Source: Candidatus Latescibacterota bacterium
GTDB taxonomy: Bacteria > Latescibacterota > UBA2968 > UBA8231
DNA: 64,000 nt
Direction: 5' to 3'
Assembly: GCA_964291625.2 (NCBI GenBank)
Contig: OZ220089.1
Span: forward strand, 1,536,001-1,600,000
The notes beneath the pieces are model-generated. The model worked only from the letters and a program-made list of their open reading frames with translations, was not told the origin of the DNA and did no database searches. The position numbers and the translations under genes were made by a program. Of the stretch, positions 20,367 through 31,817 are shown piece after piece. The first letter of the stretch is position 1. Every line of letters starts with the position of its first letter.

Positions 20367-21491
20367 TAGTGCCTACCTGCACAGTTCAGCGTATGTATCA
20401 TGAAGCTCCGTAGGGACGACGTTCCGCTTCTTCCACTCGAAGGGCTGCGCCGTCGAGTTGTAGGCGGCGATGAAGGCGTCGATGGCTTGGCGCAGTTGCC
20501 GGGGCGAGGTGAAGCTGGCCCCCTGCAAGGCGCGGCGGGTGAGGATGCTGAACCAGATCTCGATCTGATTCAGCCAGCAGGCGTTGGTGGGCGTGTAGTG
20601 GAAGTGCACGTTGGGATGACGGGCCCGCCATCGGTCGCGTTTGGGCTTGTGGGTGTTCAGGTTGTCCAGGATCACGTGAATGGCCTGGTGGGGCGAATAC
20701 TCTCGGACCAGGTCGTTCATGAAGTCGAGGAACTCCCGGCGCCGTCGTCGCTTTGCGTGGCCAGCCTGGATGCGCCCCGTGGCGACCTCGAGGGCGGCGA
20801 ACAAGGTCGTGGTGCCGTGGCGTTGATAGCGATGGCTGGCGCCGCTCATGGCCTGGCCATTGGGCAACCGCAGATACCCCTGGGCTCGTTCCAAGGCCTG
20901 GATGGAAGGCTTTTCGTCGACGCACAGCACCACGGCGTTCTCCGGCGGGTCGAGGTACAACCCCACGACATCGGCAGCCTTGGCCGAAAACTCCGGGTCC
21001 GTGCTCACCTCATGGGACCGTCGCCGCTGCAGATGGATGCCATGCTGACGCAGCACCCTCCACACGTGATCGTCCGACACGTCGCCCATGGCCTCGGCCA
21101 CCAGCGTCCCGGTCCAGGTCGCGTGCCCCTCCGGCGGCGGTTGGGACACCACGTCGAGGATGCGCTGCTCGGTTTCCTCGTCATACCGCCTCGGCGGACC
21201 CGGCCTCGGCGCGTCCTGCAACCCGTCCAGGCCGTGCGCGGCAAAGCGCGTCCGCCACTTGCTCACCGTGCCGGGGCGCAGCTCCAGCCGGTGGGCGATG
21301 GCCGCCGACGCCTCGCCGGCCGCCGCGGCCAGAATGATGCGCGCCCGCAAGGCGAGCCGCTGTTCCGTGGTCCCCGATCGCGCCCATTGCGACAGCGTGG
21401 CGCGATCCTCTTCCGTCAACAAAATCTGGGTCGCGGGCCGTGGCATGCCCCCAAGATACGTTATGACGATAACTCGTACAAGTGAGCACTA
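20367..21491 (-). mobile_element. IS630-family insertion sequence
   Basis: Imperfect IRs TAGTGCCTACCTGCAC / TAGTGCTCACTTGTAC; CTAG context at both ends (TA target). Confidence 0.88.
20373..21446 (-). CDS. IS630 transposase
   Basis: HTH, CVDEK, RHGTTTLFAAL, ILDNLNTH, WLNQIE DDE motifs; intact ORF. Confidence 0.95.
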   Translation of the reverse strand: MPRPATQILLTEEDRATLSQWARSGTTEQRLALRARIILAAAAGEASAAIAHRLELRPGTVSKWRTRFAAHGLDGLQDAPRPGPPRRYDEETEQRILDVVSQPPPEGHATWTGTLVAEAMGDVSDDHVWRVLRQHGIHLQRRRSHEVSTDPEFSAKAADVVGLYLDPPENAVVLCVDEKPSIQALERAQGYLRLPNGQAMSGASHRYQRHGTTTLFAALEVATGRIQAGHAKRRRRREFLDFMNDLVREYSPHQAIHVILDNLNTHKPKRDRWRARHPNVHFHYTPTNACWLNQIEIWFSILTRRALQGASFTSPRQLRQAIDAFIAAYNSTAQPFEWKKRNVVPTELHDTYAELCR

Positions 21492-21564
21492 GGATCCACC
21501 TGCACAAAGTGGCTACCCGGCCCTTTCAGCCTTGTAGGTCACCTTGGCCAGCAGAGATCGCCAA

Positions 21565-21765
21565 CCAGCGCCACCTTCCCGAACCTAAGGCTCCGCGAAC
21601 AAATAAACGAGTCATAAGTCGAGGTTCTGCCGACCGAAGGGCGCCCCGCAGTAGTTCAGTTGATTCGTGACAAAGCCTAACCTGGTCCCCCGCGACCAGC
21701 CTCCACAGATAGACCCGTGGCGATCTCTTGGCCGTTTCGGGGTTCCGTCCCACTCCTTGGCGGCG
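21565..21765 (-). pseudogene. degenerate copy of the last ~35 codons of the giant protease gene (FlgD-Ig tail)
   Basis: 21565-21586 plus 21680-21765 match 21979-22087 with substitutions and indels. Confidence 0.8.
21589..21677. mobile_element. 89-bp MITE with TAA target duplication
   Basis: TAA at 21586-88 and 21678-80; ends GGCTCCGCGAACAAATAAAC / (rc) GGCTTTGTCACGAATCAAC; removing it restores the match to 21995-22010. Confidence 0.7.
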
Positions 21766-21842
21766 AGGGGTTCTTTCGGTGGGGATGGTCTCATAGATTG
21801 AGGGCGGGGCCGCGATGGATCCACGGCCCCGGCCAAGTGGGT

Positions 21843-21918
21843 GAGGGTGTAGCTCAAAAGGATGGAGCAGCCGTTTTACGCAGAGGCAGGGTTGCGGGTT
21901 CGAGTCCCGCCACCCTCA
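21843..21918 (+). tRNA. tRNA-Val(TAC)-like, probably degenerate
   Basis: Acceptor GAGGGTG/CACCCTC, D-arm GCTC/GAGC, T-arm GCGGG-TTCGAGT-CCCGC; anticodon arm GCCGT-TTTACGC-AGAGGC is imperfect; ends ACCG, with no encoded CCA. Confidence 0.7.
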
Positions 21919-21971
21919 CCGAACCACAATAGAACGAACTTTCAGAATAGAGTACAATGGTGCACTTGTGT

Positions 21972-24900
21972 TCAGCGCACCAGCGCCACCTTCCCGAACC
22001 TGACCTGGTCCCCCGCAATCAGCCTCCACAGATAGATCCCTGCGGCGATCTCCTGGCCGTTTCGGGTGCCGTCCCACTGCTTGGCGTAGACGCCCGCGGG
22101 GACGTCGGGATCGGCCACCAGGGTGGCGATCGCCTGCCCTGAGAGGTTGTAGATGACCAAGCTGACCGGGCCGTCCTCGGGCAGTTGGTAGTAGAACATG
22201 GTCGTCGGGTTGAACGGATTGGGGGCCGCATAGATGGCGAGCTCGTCAGGGCCTCCCATGGAGACGAGGACCTTCCCGGCTTCGTTGGTGACGCTGTCTC
22301 CTACGTGTGCAGGGACCGTGTACTCTGCGTACGGCCCCCACCCGATGCTGTTCTTGGCTTTGACCCGGAAGGTGTAGGTGATTCCGGCCAGGATCCCTGT
22401 GGCGGTGAAATTCCTGTCTCCGTTCGTGTGGGTGTCGTTGTTCCAGATCTGGCCGACCTTCCGATTCCAGATGTAGTCTGTGATCGAGGCCCCGTTGTCG
22501 TCAGGCTCGTCCCACTCGATGCGCACGGACCCGGTGATCGGCCGGCGGTAACTGAATCCACTGGGCGCGTCGGGATTGCCCGCTGGGGTGGCGGAGTCCG
22601 TCGAGGGCGGTCCAAACCCTGCGGGGTTGTGTGCCCGGACCTGGAAGTAGTAGAGGGTGCCGTTGGTGAGCCCTTCGATGGTCTTGGTTCGCGAGGTGAC
22701 TCTGCTATAGGCGGTGTACGACCCGCCATCGACCTTGAACCGATAGTTGTAGCGGTCGATGTTGGCTCCCTGGTCGTCCGCCGCATCCCACGTCAGGGTG
22801 ACCTTTGCGTCTCCGCGAGAGGCGTTCAGATTTGGCGGAGGCAGGGGTTTCTTGGCGCTGACCACGCTCGTAGTGGTGGCCGAGGCATACTTCCCGTCTC
22901 CATGGCCGTCCGAGTATTCCCTGGAGGCTCTCAGGAACTTGCCGACGAGATACTTGGAAGAGATGGTGAGGGTCCGGCCGTCACTGGAGAGTGCGAAGTC
23001 ATGGTCATCCAAGGCTGTGCCTTGTGACGAACTGGAACTGGTGGTGGACCACTCCCAGTTCGCCTCGAATCCAAGGTCTCCGTCCGGGTCCGAGAGCAAC
23101 GCGGTGACGGAGTCTCCCCATTTCGGGGCGTTGTTGGACAAGGTGACGGTGCCGTCCTCGTCTACGTTTTCAATGGTGATGGCGGTCGTGTGGCTGTCGG
23201 ATGCGCCGCTGGCATCCGTTGCGGTGACTTGGAGGGAGTAGGACTTCTTGGCTTCGTAGTTGGGGCTGATCGCGAACGTCACCCTGCGAGTGTTGTCGGT
23301 GGCTCCCGCCGAGTGGCTGAAGATGGCCCCGTCGCTCACAGACCAGGTGATGGTGTCATCGGGGAGATCGTCATCCGAGACGGTATAGACTCCAACGAAC
23401 TGCTTGGAGGTATTCTCCGGGACAGATACCTGAGTCCGACCTGACACCTCGGGCTCATCGTTGGCAGGAATAGTTGCCGTGCTTGTGACAGAGGACCCGC
23501 TGCCGATGGCGTTGACGGCCCTGACCTCGAACTTGTATTCCGTGCCGGCCAAGAGGCCGGAGGCCGTCGCGGTGCGAGCGGTCTTGAACGTCCATGGAGA
23601 CCAAGTTCCACCGGACAAATTCACCCTGTATCGGTATTGATACCTGGCCACCGCCGACCCGCAGTCACTGGACGGGGCGTCCCAAGTCCATGTCATGCTC
23701 TTTGTCCCGACGCTCCCGGAGAGGTTCCTCGGAGGCATCGGGACGCTGGCCAAGACAGTGCCCGTCGAAACCGTAAGGGTGTTGTCGGCGGCGGCGTTGT
23801 CTTCATACTCGGCGATGACGGAGATCTTCTGTCCTACACGCGAGGAAGGGATCGAGCGAGTAACGGTCGCCGAGGTCTCCGACAATTCGACCCCGTCCCA
23901 CGTCCAGCCGTGATCGTCATCCGACATGTCGATCCCCCCGTCAGGATCCGTGAGGGTGGCTTGGAGGCTGGAGCAAACGCGAGGGGCACTGCTGTTGAAG
24001 GTGATGGACCCTGTCTCGATCTCGTTGGTGACCCTGACCGTCCGATTGGCCGTGCCGGTCACTTCGCCGTCGCTGACTTGGATCTTGACGGAGTAGATGT
24101 GCTTCGACTCGTAGTTGGGAGCCGACTTGAACTCCAGAGTCCTCCGGTCGCTGTGACCCGCCACGGCCTCCAGATCGAAGGAACTGCCATCCGTCCCGCC
24201 CGGAGACCACGTCAGGTCCCCGCAGTAGGAGTTGGCCCCCACCTCGTAGGTCCCCGCCGACTGCGTGGTGTTCTCAGGGACGTCCTGCTTGGTGTCCGGA
24301 ACCTCGTCCACGGTGATGACGCAATCGGTGGCGATGACGGGCGAGTTCGTCGTCTTCCGGACCGTGTGATTGCCATACTCGTCGTTGTAGTTGACCGTCA
24401 CTTTGAGATGGGATCCCACGTCCCCTGAGGTGGGGGTGTAGGTGTCGGTGGCGCTCAAAGAGGGGGTGGTGGTCCTGGCGGAGTTCTCATCACTACTGGA
24501 GGCCCCGACACGATCCCACCTCCATGTGTGCTGACGGTGGTTGTCCTCATCGATCAAGGTGGCCGTCACCGTCTGGCCTTTGACCGGCGGATCCGGAGAG
24601 ATGCCCAGCACCCCTGGCCCGTTGGGTTTACGCACCACGATGCCTGTAGTCCCGGTGGCGGTCTGTTCCCCGTCGTCATCGTCGTACGTGGCCGTCACCT
24701 TCAGCTTTTTGCCCACGTCATCTTTGACAGGGGTGTACGTTGAAGTGCCGTCGGTTGCATCTAGGGACGTCAGGGTGGTCTCAGTGGACCCGTCCACTCT
24801 CACCCAATCCCCCCAAGAGATGTCGGAAACGCCATCGTCGTCGGCCACGGAGGCCGTCACAGCCTTCGTCTGCTGAGGCACGCCGGCGGGATCGCTCTGC

Positions 24901-27900
24901 GCGAAGGTGAAACTGACCTCGCCCGGGGTGTTGGTGCTCGGAGCAGTGGGCTTCGCTACCACGGTGCCAGTGGTCCCGGTGGCGGTCTGCTCTCCGTCGT
25001 CATCGTCGTACGTGGCTGTCACCTTCAACTTCTTGCCCACGTCCGCCGCGACAGGCGTATACGTGGCGTCGCCGTCGGTCGCATCCGTAGACGTCAGGGT
25101 TGTCTCGGTGGCGCCGTCCACCCGCACCCAATCCCCCCAAGTGACATCGGACGTGCCATCGTCGTCGGCCACGGAGGCCGTCACCGTCTTCGTCTCCTGA
25201 GGCACGTCGGCGGGATCGGTCTGAGCGAAGGTGAAACTGACCTCGCCGGGGGCGTTCGGCTTTGTCACCACGGTGCCTGTGGTCCCCGTAGCGGTTTGCT
25301 CCCCGTCGTCATCGTCGTACGTAGCTGTCACCTTCAGTTTCTTGCCTACGTCGTCCGCGACAGGGGTGTACGTCGCGTTGCCGTCGGTTGCATCCGTGGA
25401 GGTCAGGGTGGTCTCGGTGGTCCCGTCCACCCGCACCCAATCCCCCCAAGTGACGCTGGACACGCCGTCATCGTCGCTCACGGAGGCCGTCACAACCTTG
25501 GTCTTCTGAGGCACGCCAGCCGGGTCGGTCTGCTCAAAGGTGAAACTGACCTCGCCGGGGCTATTGGTGCCCGGAGAGACCGGAGCCGCCAACACGACGC
25601 CTGAAGTCTGGCTGATGGTGTGCGAACCGAAATTGTCGGTATAGGTCACGGTGGCTTTGATCATGTCACCGACATCATCCTCGTCCACCTGGTAGGTGTT
25701 GCCGTCCCCGGTCAGTGTCACCGGGTCGCTGCCCGTAACGATCTTCTGCCATGTCCATGCAGGAGCCGGACTGGTATCCTCGACGGTGTCGTCTTCCTCC
25801 AAGGTGGCGGTGAGGGTCTTGGTGGCCACCGGAGGGTCTGGCGACAAGGTGACGGACCCTGGCCTGTCTTTGATGACGATCTCCGACGTTACGCTGGCCG
25901 AAGTACTCCCATGGTTATCCGTGTAGGTCACCGAGGACCTGACTCTATGGCCGACATCCTCCTCGACCACCTCGTAGGTGTTGCCGTCGCCTGTCAACAC
26001 GGTGGGCCTCACATCTCGACCCACGAGTATCCGTTCCCAAGTCCAGTTTGGAGCTGGGTCATCCTCCTCAACGGTGTCGTCGTCATGCAAGGTGGCCGTG
26101 AGCGTATGGCCCTTCTTGGGCGGATTCGGGTCCAGCGTCACCGTGCCGGGACTGTTCGGGTCCTCTTCCAGCACAGCCAGGGTGGTGCCTGTAGCCGTCT
26201 GCTCCCCGAAGAAATCCGTGTAGGTTACGCTCCACTTCAACTGGGCATCGACATCCGCCGTCTTCGCTGTGTACGAGAACTGCCGACTCGTTCGGTCGGC
26301 ATCCTCCAACGGGACCGACACCTCGTCCCCGGAATCTGGCACACGTGTCAATGTCCAAGTGGGACCGGGGGGCTTGATGTCCACATTGTTGGGATCAACA
26401 AGGTTCACCGTCAACTTAGTGTCCTTGATGGGAGGATTCGGGTCGAATGTCAATGTGCCGGGCGTATTCGTACCAGTGACAGTGTGAGTATGTATGGCGA
26501 CCGATGGACGGATAATGGGGGAGTTGCGGTGAATCGAATGATCATCTTGGTAGGCTGCGGTGATCACGAGTCTGTTCCCCACGTCCAGAGCCACAGGCGT
26601 ATAGGTTGACGTGGTGGATATAGTGGCGGGCGTATGGGTTGACGTATGGACTCGGTGATTCCCACCAAACACCACTTCCCTCATCCAGGTGAATCTGATG
26701 TCTCTTGCATTGTCCGGATCTGTGAGAGTCACCGTAATGGGTGTGCCTTCTGCGGCTGACCGGTCTCCGCCCGCGAAGGACAGCACGCCATCGGTTGGCT
26801 TGACCAAGGTCAGAGTCACATTGTAGTCGGAAGAGACCTCCGTCTCCGTCCTCACGCTGACCACCAGTTTGTACTCGTTGCTCTCACCGTGGTCGAAGAA
26901 GGGCCTGTCTTCGGTGAACATGAGTTGCCCGTGGTTGTTGATGGCGAACCCTTTCGGACTGTCCACCAGAGACCACGTCCCGTTGGTCACAGGATCTGCC
27001 GACGCATCTGTGGCGGAGTACGTCGCCAGCGCCTCGCCGACGGCATCGTCATTCCAGACATCCGGCTCATCGGGGCCGCTGATGGTGAACGTCTCGGAGC
27101 GAGGCACAGTGAAGGAATCCGAGGCCAAGGAGCTCATCCAGTAATCGTCCCGGTCTACGGACGAATACCCTTGATCACGGTCACTATTGCACTCGGACAG
27201 CCGATCGGCGCGGCACATGCCCACTTCCAACTCGAAGGTATACGTGCGCCCCTTGCTGATAGGCCACTTGAGCAAGGCTCCGTTCGTTTGCCAAATCCGG
27301 TAGATATTGTCAGAGTAGAAATGGACATCCTTCTTCTTCCACTGCGAAGCACTCCCCCTGTGCCATTGCAGGTCTTCCCCTTCGAGGGTTACAGACCATA
27401 CTCGATACAGGATCATCCGGGCTCGGGATGAGCCGTCCGTCCCTACGGAGGCCCGCACCTGCCCTTCCGTCCCCGATGTCTTGACAAAGCGGATATTGCC
27501 AGGCCCTGGCCCCGAGTCGTCGGTGGTGGCCTCCGAAACGCGGATGTCCACATCCTGAGTGGCCGTCGCGGTGACAGCCCCCGACTTGCTCGCCGTCGCC
27601 TTGACGGTGACGTCGTAGGAGTTGTCGCCGTCGTCGTCGTACTCAGGGGATTCGCGGAACGTCAGTACGCCTTGGCTCAAGGCGAAATCCCCACTGTCGT
27701 CTCCCTCCTTGGTCCATAAGAGAGATCCGAAGGCGGCGGCGTCAGACAGCTCGGGTTTGGCACTGTAGGACCCGAGGATGGTGGTCGTCGGGGCTCCCTC
27801 TTGGACGGTGAGAGCCCGGTTGCCGGTGAACATGCCACAGTCCTCGAACGCCACAGCCGTAGGCGTGATGGACGCATCCGTATCGCCGCTGTTGTAGCAG

Positions 27901-28787
27901 TACTCGCCCGCTTGCAGGGTCGTGCTGGCCAGCGAGACCGTCCCCTTGTTGTAGATCCCATACCACCCCGGGTCTTGCGGGTCCACTTTCCGGGGCCGGA
28001 GGGTCGCTGTCTTGACCTTCAGGGTGGACCCCTTCTGCACGACGATCTCAGCCAGGTCCGGGGAGTTGCCTACGTCTTCCAGGTCGGTGTTGTTCTTGAA
28101 CTCGATCTCCGATGAAGAGTCCATGATGAGGGTGGCCTCGGGGCGATCCGAGTCACTGGCGGATGGATCTCCCACCGATATGTCGGCACTGGCGACCGCC
28201 TTCCCCTTGAAGGTGTGCTGCCCTTGGGCGATGGTCAGCCCTTCCATGTTGACAGTGCCGCCGGACTGGATGACCAAGCCGTGCTCTTCGTCGCCGGCCT
28301 CGGCTTCTCTGCCTGTCTCCAGCGCGGATCGAAAGACGACGCCCTTGCGAATGTTCAGACTCCCTTCATTGGCGACGATGATATCGGAGCGCTTGTTCCC
28401 ATTGCCATCCAAGGTGACCGGCTCCAAGAAGTAGACGACGGCATCTTCCTCGATCGTCAAGGTGGCCCCGCTCTGGATGGTCAGATCGCCGCCGATATAG
28501 ACGTCGCCTTCGGCGGAGTAGTCGGAGACCGTCTCGGATCCATGGACTTGCTCCTCGATGTCTCCGATCCAGTGATTGACGAAGATGTTGACTTGGGCTT
28601 GGCCCGTCGCAGCGTCATCCGCATCCGGGATCATCCGGATGCGTCGAATGGCTACCCTCGAAGGAGGGAAGTCCTCTCGGTTCTCCGCGTCCAGCAGGTG
28701 ATTGCTGTCGTCGATGTTCCGCACGTCTGGCCGAAGTTCCGGCATCGGGAGGGTGACCCCCGAGGGAAGACCATTGTCATCAATAAA
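21972..28787 (-). pseudogene. C-terminal part of giant secreted protease/adhesin (cadherin-like, Ig-like repeats, Fn3, FlgD-Ig tail)
   Basis: PNYE/PEYD cadherin motifs, Fn3 (W..P..DNGASI..Y..FRVKAKN..G), AAPNPFNP..VIYNLSGQ..WDG..AAGIY; separated from its 5' part by an IS. Confidence 0.85.
24630..25565 (-). repeat. three tandem ~310-bp Ig-like domain repeats
   Basis: PGEVSFTF(E/A)QxDPAxVPQxTK..DDVGKKLKVTATYDDDDGEQTATGTTG occurs three times. Confidence 0.9.
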
Positions 28788-30327
28788 GGGTGTAGCCCCC
28801 GTTTTACGCAGCCCTCTTGAAGGTTTGTTGCAGGTACCAGTTCCAGAAGGCTTCCCATCGATGGGATAGCACTTGGGCTCGCAGATTGAGGATCCGCTGG
28901 CCTCCTTGGCGGGTCCAGCGCATGCCGCTGCGTTTGAGGCGATGGCCGACGAGCGTTTTGGCGGCGGCTTCCACGGGACCACTGGAGAGGATCAGCCCGG
29001 CCTCCCGATAGCCTGCGTAGTCCATCTTGTCCCGGTTGTTTCGGAAGTAACCCAACTCGGTGGTCACCGCGCGATGCCGTTCGGAGCCCTCTCGCAGTTT
29101 GCGGCGATGGTAGGCCAGGGAGCGGATCAGGCCCTGCACGGCCCCGGGCTCATGCCTCAGTTTGTGCCGCCAGGACCGGTACCAGCGGCGGGCTTGGGCC
29201 GATAGCTTGCCGAAGAGATGCTCAGCGGCCTTCGACAGGTGCTGGGTCGCGTGATAGAAGTCGAGAATGCGGGTGAAGCCGTCGAACACCGGTTGCCGGT
29301 CCACGGTGCGCCAGATTTCGCGCTGGCCGTCGGCCAACACCACCCGGTGCTCATAGGCCCCCTGCTGTACGGCCTGGGTCGTCTGCTCCACCAAGTTGTG
29401 GACCAGGGTCTTCATCTTGGGCTCCGGCATGCGCGCGGCATAGCGCACATCGACGCGCTGCGGCTCGTCCCCGGTCTGCAGCGGGGTCTGATAGGTGGCG
29501 ACCATCCCTACCCCGGCCTCCTTCCAGGCGGTGGGCGCGGGGTCGCGGTCGGGGTCCGTCGGTCGCTCGGCGGGCCGTCCGCGCTTGGGCGCCGGTTCCC
29601 GCAGGGGCACGTGGACGCCGTCCCAACTGACCACCAAGGTGTCGGCCTCGGCCTTCAGCGGCGCCGCGTCCTGCAAGGCCAGCTCCAGCTGCTCGGCGTG
29701 GTCTTCGGCATACTGCCCGACGGTGGTCAACAGATGCTGAATGGCGGTGCGCGACGGCGGCTCCGGCAGCAGCTCGGTCAAGGTGGTCTCGACTTCGGAC
29801 GGGACCAGTTGGGCGCCCAGCAGGACCGTGACCCGCTCCAGGGCCGGCACCATGAATCGTTGGCTCATGCCGCAGCGTTCATCCAAGGGCACCCAACTGG
29901 GGCCGCCCCGGTCCGGCTGATAGAGCCGACGCGGCACTTGGACCTTGCCCCACAGGGTCATCCACTCCTTGGGGACGTCCTGCTTGAAGCGGTAGATCCG
30001 ACCCTGGTGGACCACGGTGTCGTCGTCGATCTCACAGGCTTGGGCCAGCCGCCGAAATCCCACTCGGCCGATGTCGTCCACCGACCCTCGGAACTGGCGG
30101 ATCATCTGCTCGAACTCCTCCGGTCCGGCCTCCGGCGATTGCAGGCGATGCTCCCACTGGAGGAGATCCTCCTCCAATTTCGTCAGGCGCGCGCGCAGAT
30201 TCTTCGTATCTTCCATCCGGGACCCCTTTCCGGGTTTGGGCGTAAGTCGTTGCACCCAAAGATACATTCGTGCCCGGAGTGGGGGTCCCTCTTTTCTGGA
30301 AGTCTGCGTAAAGTGGAGGCTACACCC
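28788..30327 (-). mobile_element. ISKra4-family (Mutator-like) IS with 8-bp TSD TCAATAAA
   Basis: IRs GGGTGTAGCCCCCGTTTTACGCAG / (rc) GGGTGTAGCCTCCACTTTACGCAG; TCAATAAA at 28780-87 and 30328-35. Confidence 0.93.
28804..30267 (-). CDS. ISKra4-family transposase
   Basis: SWDGVHVP, LADGQREIW, LDFYHA, SSGPVEAA..RLKRSGMRW. Confidence 0.92.
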   Translation of the reverse strand: MYLWVQRLTPKPGKGSRMEDTKNLRARLTKLEEDLLQWEHRLQSPEAGPEEFEQMIRQFRGSVDDIGRVGFRRLAQACEIDDDTVVHQGRIYRFKQDVPKEWMTLWGKVQVPRRLYQPDRGGPSWVPLDERCGMSQRFMVPALERVTVLLGAQLVPSEVETTLTELLPEPPSRTAIQHLLTTVGQYAEDHAEQLELALQDAAPLKAEADTLVVSWDGVHVPLREPAPKRGRPAERPTDPDRDPAPTAWKEAGVGMVATYQTPLQTGDEPQRVDVRYAARMPEPKMKTLVHNLVEQTTQAVQQGAYEHRVVLADGQREIWRTVDRQPVFDGFTRILDFYHATQHLSKAAEHLFGKLSAQARRWYRSWRHKLRHEPGAVQGLIRSLAYHRRKLREGSERHRAVTTELGYFRNNRDKMDYAGYREAGLILSSGPVEAAAKTLVGHRLKRSGMRWTRQGGQRILNLRAQVLSHRWEAFWNWYLQQTFKRAA

Positions 30328-31817
30328 TCAATAAACCCGAAGGGATCGGAGATCTGATCCTGCCAAGTGTAGGTGTAGTCGCTGTCGTCCTCCACCACCG
30401 GTACGTCCGTCCCGGATACAAGGGATGCGCCGATAGGTGTCTCATCGCTTTGAGTCTCTCTGGCGTCTCGTATCCATCGTCCATCGGCGGGAATGAGCCG
30501 AGGGTCGTCCCAGATCACACGCGGGTAATCGATATAGAGCGATCTACCAACATGGTCTTCTTCAAGGACCTCCTTCCAGACCAAGAGGCCGACCATCTTC
30601 TCGAACCGATGCCAGCCGATGTACTGCCCATATTCCTCGGCTGTCACCAAGTCGAGGAAGAACTCCGATGGGAGGGTTGGATGGTCCATGGATCGAATCC
30701 GATAGTAGTTGTCTGGCCCCGGATCAATGGTCCGATCCTGAACGGTCTCTGTGATCAACACTTCGCCGCCACTCCAGCCCAACCATTTGCGATAGACGGC
30801 GTCGAAGTGCACGGGGCAGGACCCATAGGCGTAAACGAACTCATCGTAATCCTCTGTCGTCGTGTGCTGCTTCCATATAGGAGGACCATGCTGGTTGGAT
30901 GCCATGATGCTCCAGTTGCCATGGTATTGAATTCCGTCATCTGTGCCTAGAGTAGTCGCTGTTGTTCCCGTATAGGGATTCAGTGTCGGGGGGTAACCTC
31001 CCCTATAATGATTAAGACCAAGGAGGTGCCCTATCTCATGGACATGAAGACCGATGGCTGCGAATGCGTCCACATCAGTATGCCCGGGGTTCCCTGACCC
31101 TCTCCTCTCTGCCATCACATACCGGTAGCCGTACTTCATCACGTCTGTAGAGGAAGGATCGGTAGTGGTGATTTTCTCGACTCGGGGATGGAGTTGACCC
31201 CTGTCGGCGATCTCGGTTCCCGCATGAAGAAACAGGATCTTGTTGGCCTTGCGGTTGGCAATGGTGTTGCCTCTTGGAAGGGTGTGGCCAGCAGCCACAG
31301 CGGCCAAGTAACAGTGCTCCCAGTACTCCCCCTCCTCTACCTCATAGTACCATCTCGAACGAGGCAATTCGATCCACTCCGGGTACTCCTCATGGTCGTC
31401 CATAGGATCATTGACCACCTCGACCTGCAAGTCAAGGTCTCCACCAGACATCTCATCGTAGTAGTCCTTGACGCTGCCGAACACCTCCGGCAGATCCTCG
31501 TTGCCGTCGGCGACAGTGATGCCGGTGCCCTTGAACGAAGGAGCTCCGGACTCCCCGAAGAGTTTCTGAAAGTCCTCCAAGGTGTACGCGTCATCCCCCG
31601 GCTCCCACTCCCCGTCAGAATTCTTGCTCCAGCCATAAGGAGTGTCATGCTCTGAATGGCCGTGCTTGTCTTTGTCATGGTTCTCGCTGACGTCCTTGAA
31701 CTTGACCAAGACCACGTAGAGCTTCATGGGGCTCGACCAGGTGTGCTGGAGATCGATCCTCTGGGCCATCAGAGGCATCGCTGTGAGAAGAAGAGTAGCC
31801 AGAAGAATGCGCTTCAT
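30328..31817 (-). pseudogene. N-terminal part of giant protein: signal peptide + M6 (immune inhibitor A)-like metalloprotease
   Basis: VVLVKFKD, GSVKDYYDEMSGG, HEIGHLLGLNH, WSIMA Met-turn, LGW; truncated by the IS. Confidence 0.85.

Noticed and set aside
21762-21836. Second tRNA (Met-like CTCATAG loop, ends ..GGCCA)
   Set aside because: No TTCG T-loop, and the D and anticodon stems do not pair convincingly
21565-22087. DGR template/variable repeat pair
   Set aside because: Differences include C/G changes and indels rather than adenine-specific substitutions, and there is no reverse transcriptase in the window
28788-28982. N-terminus of the 2336-aa ORF as given in the track
   Set aside because: Lies inside the IS; it is read-through from an alternative frame of the transposase
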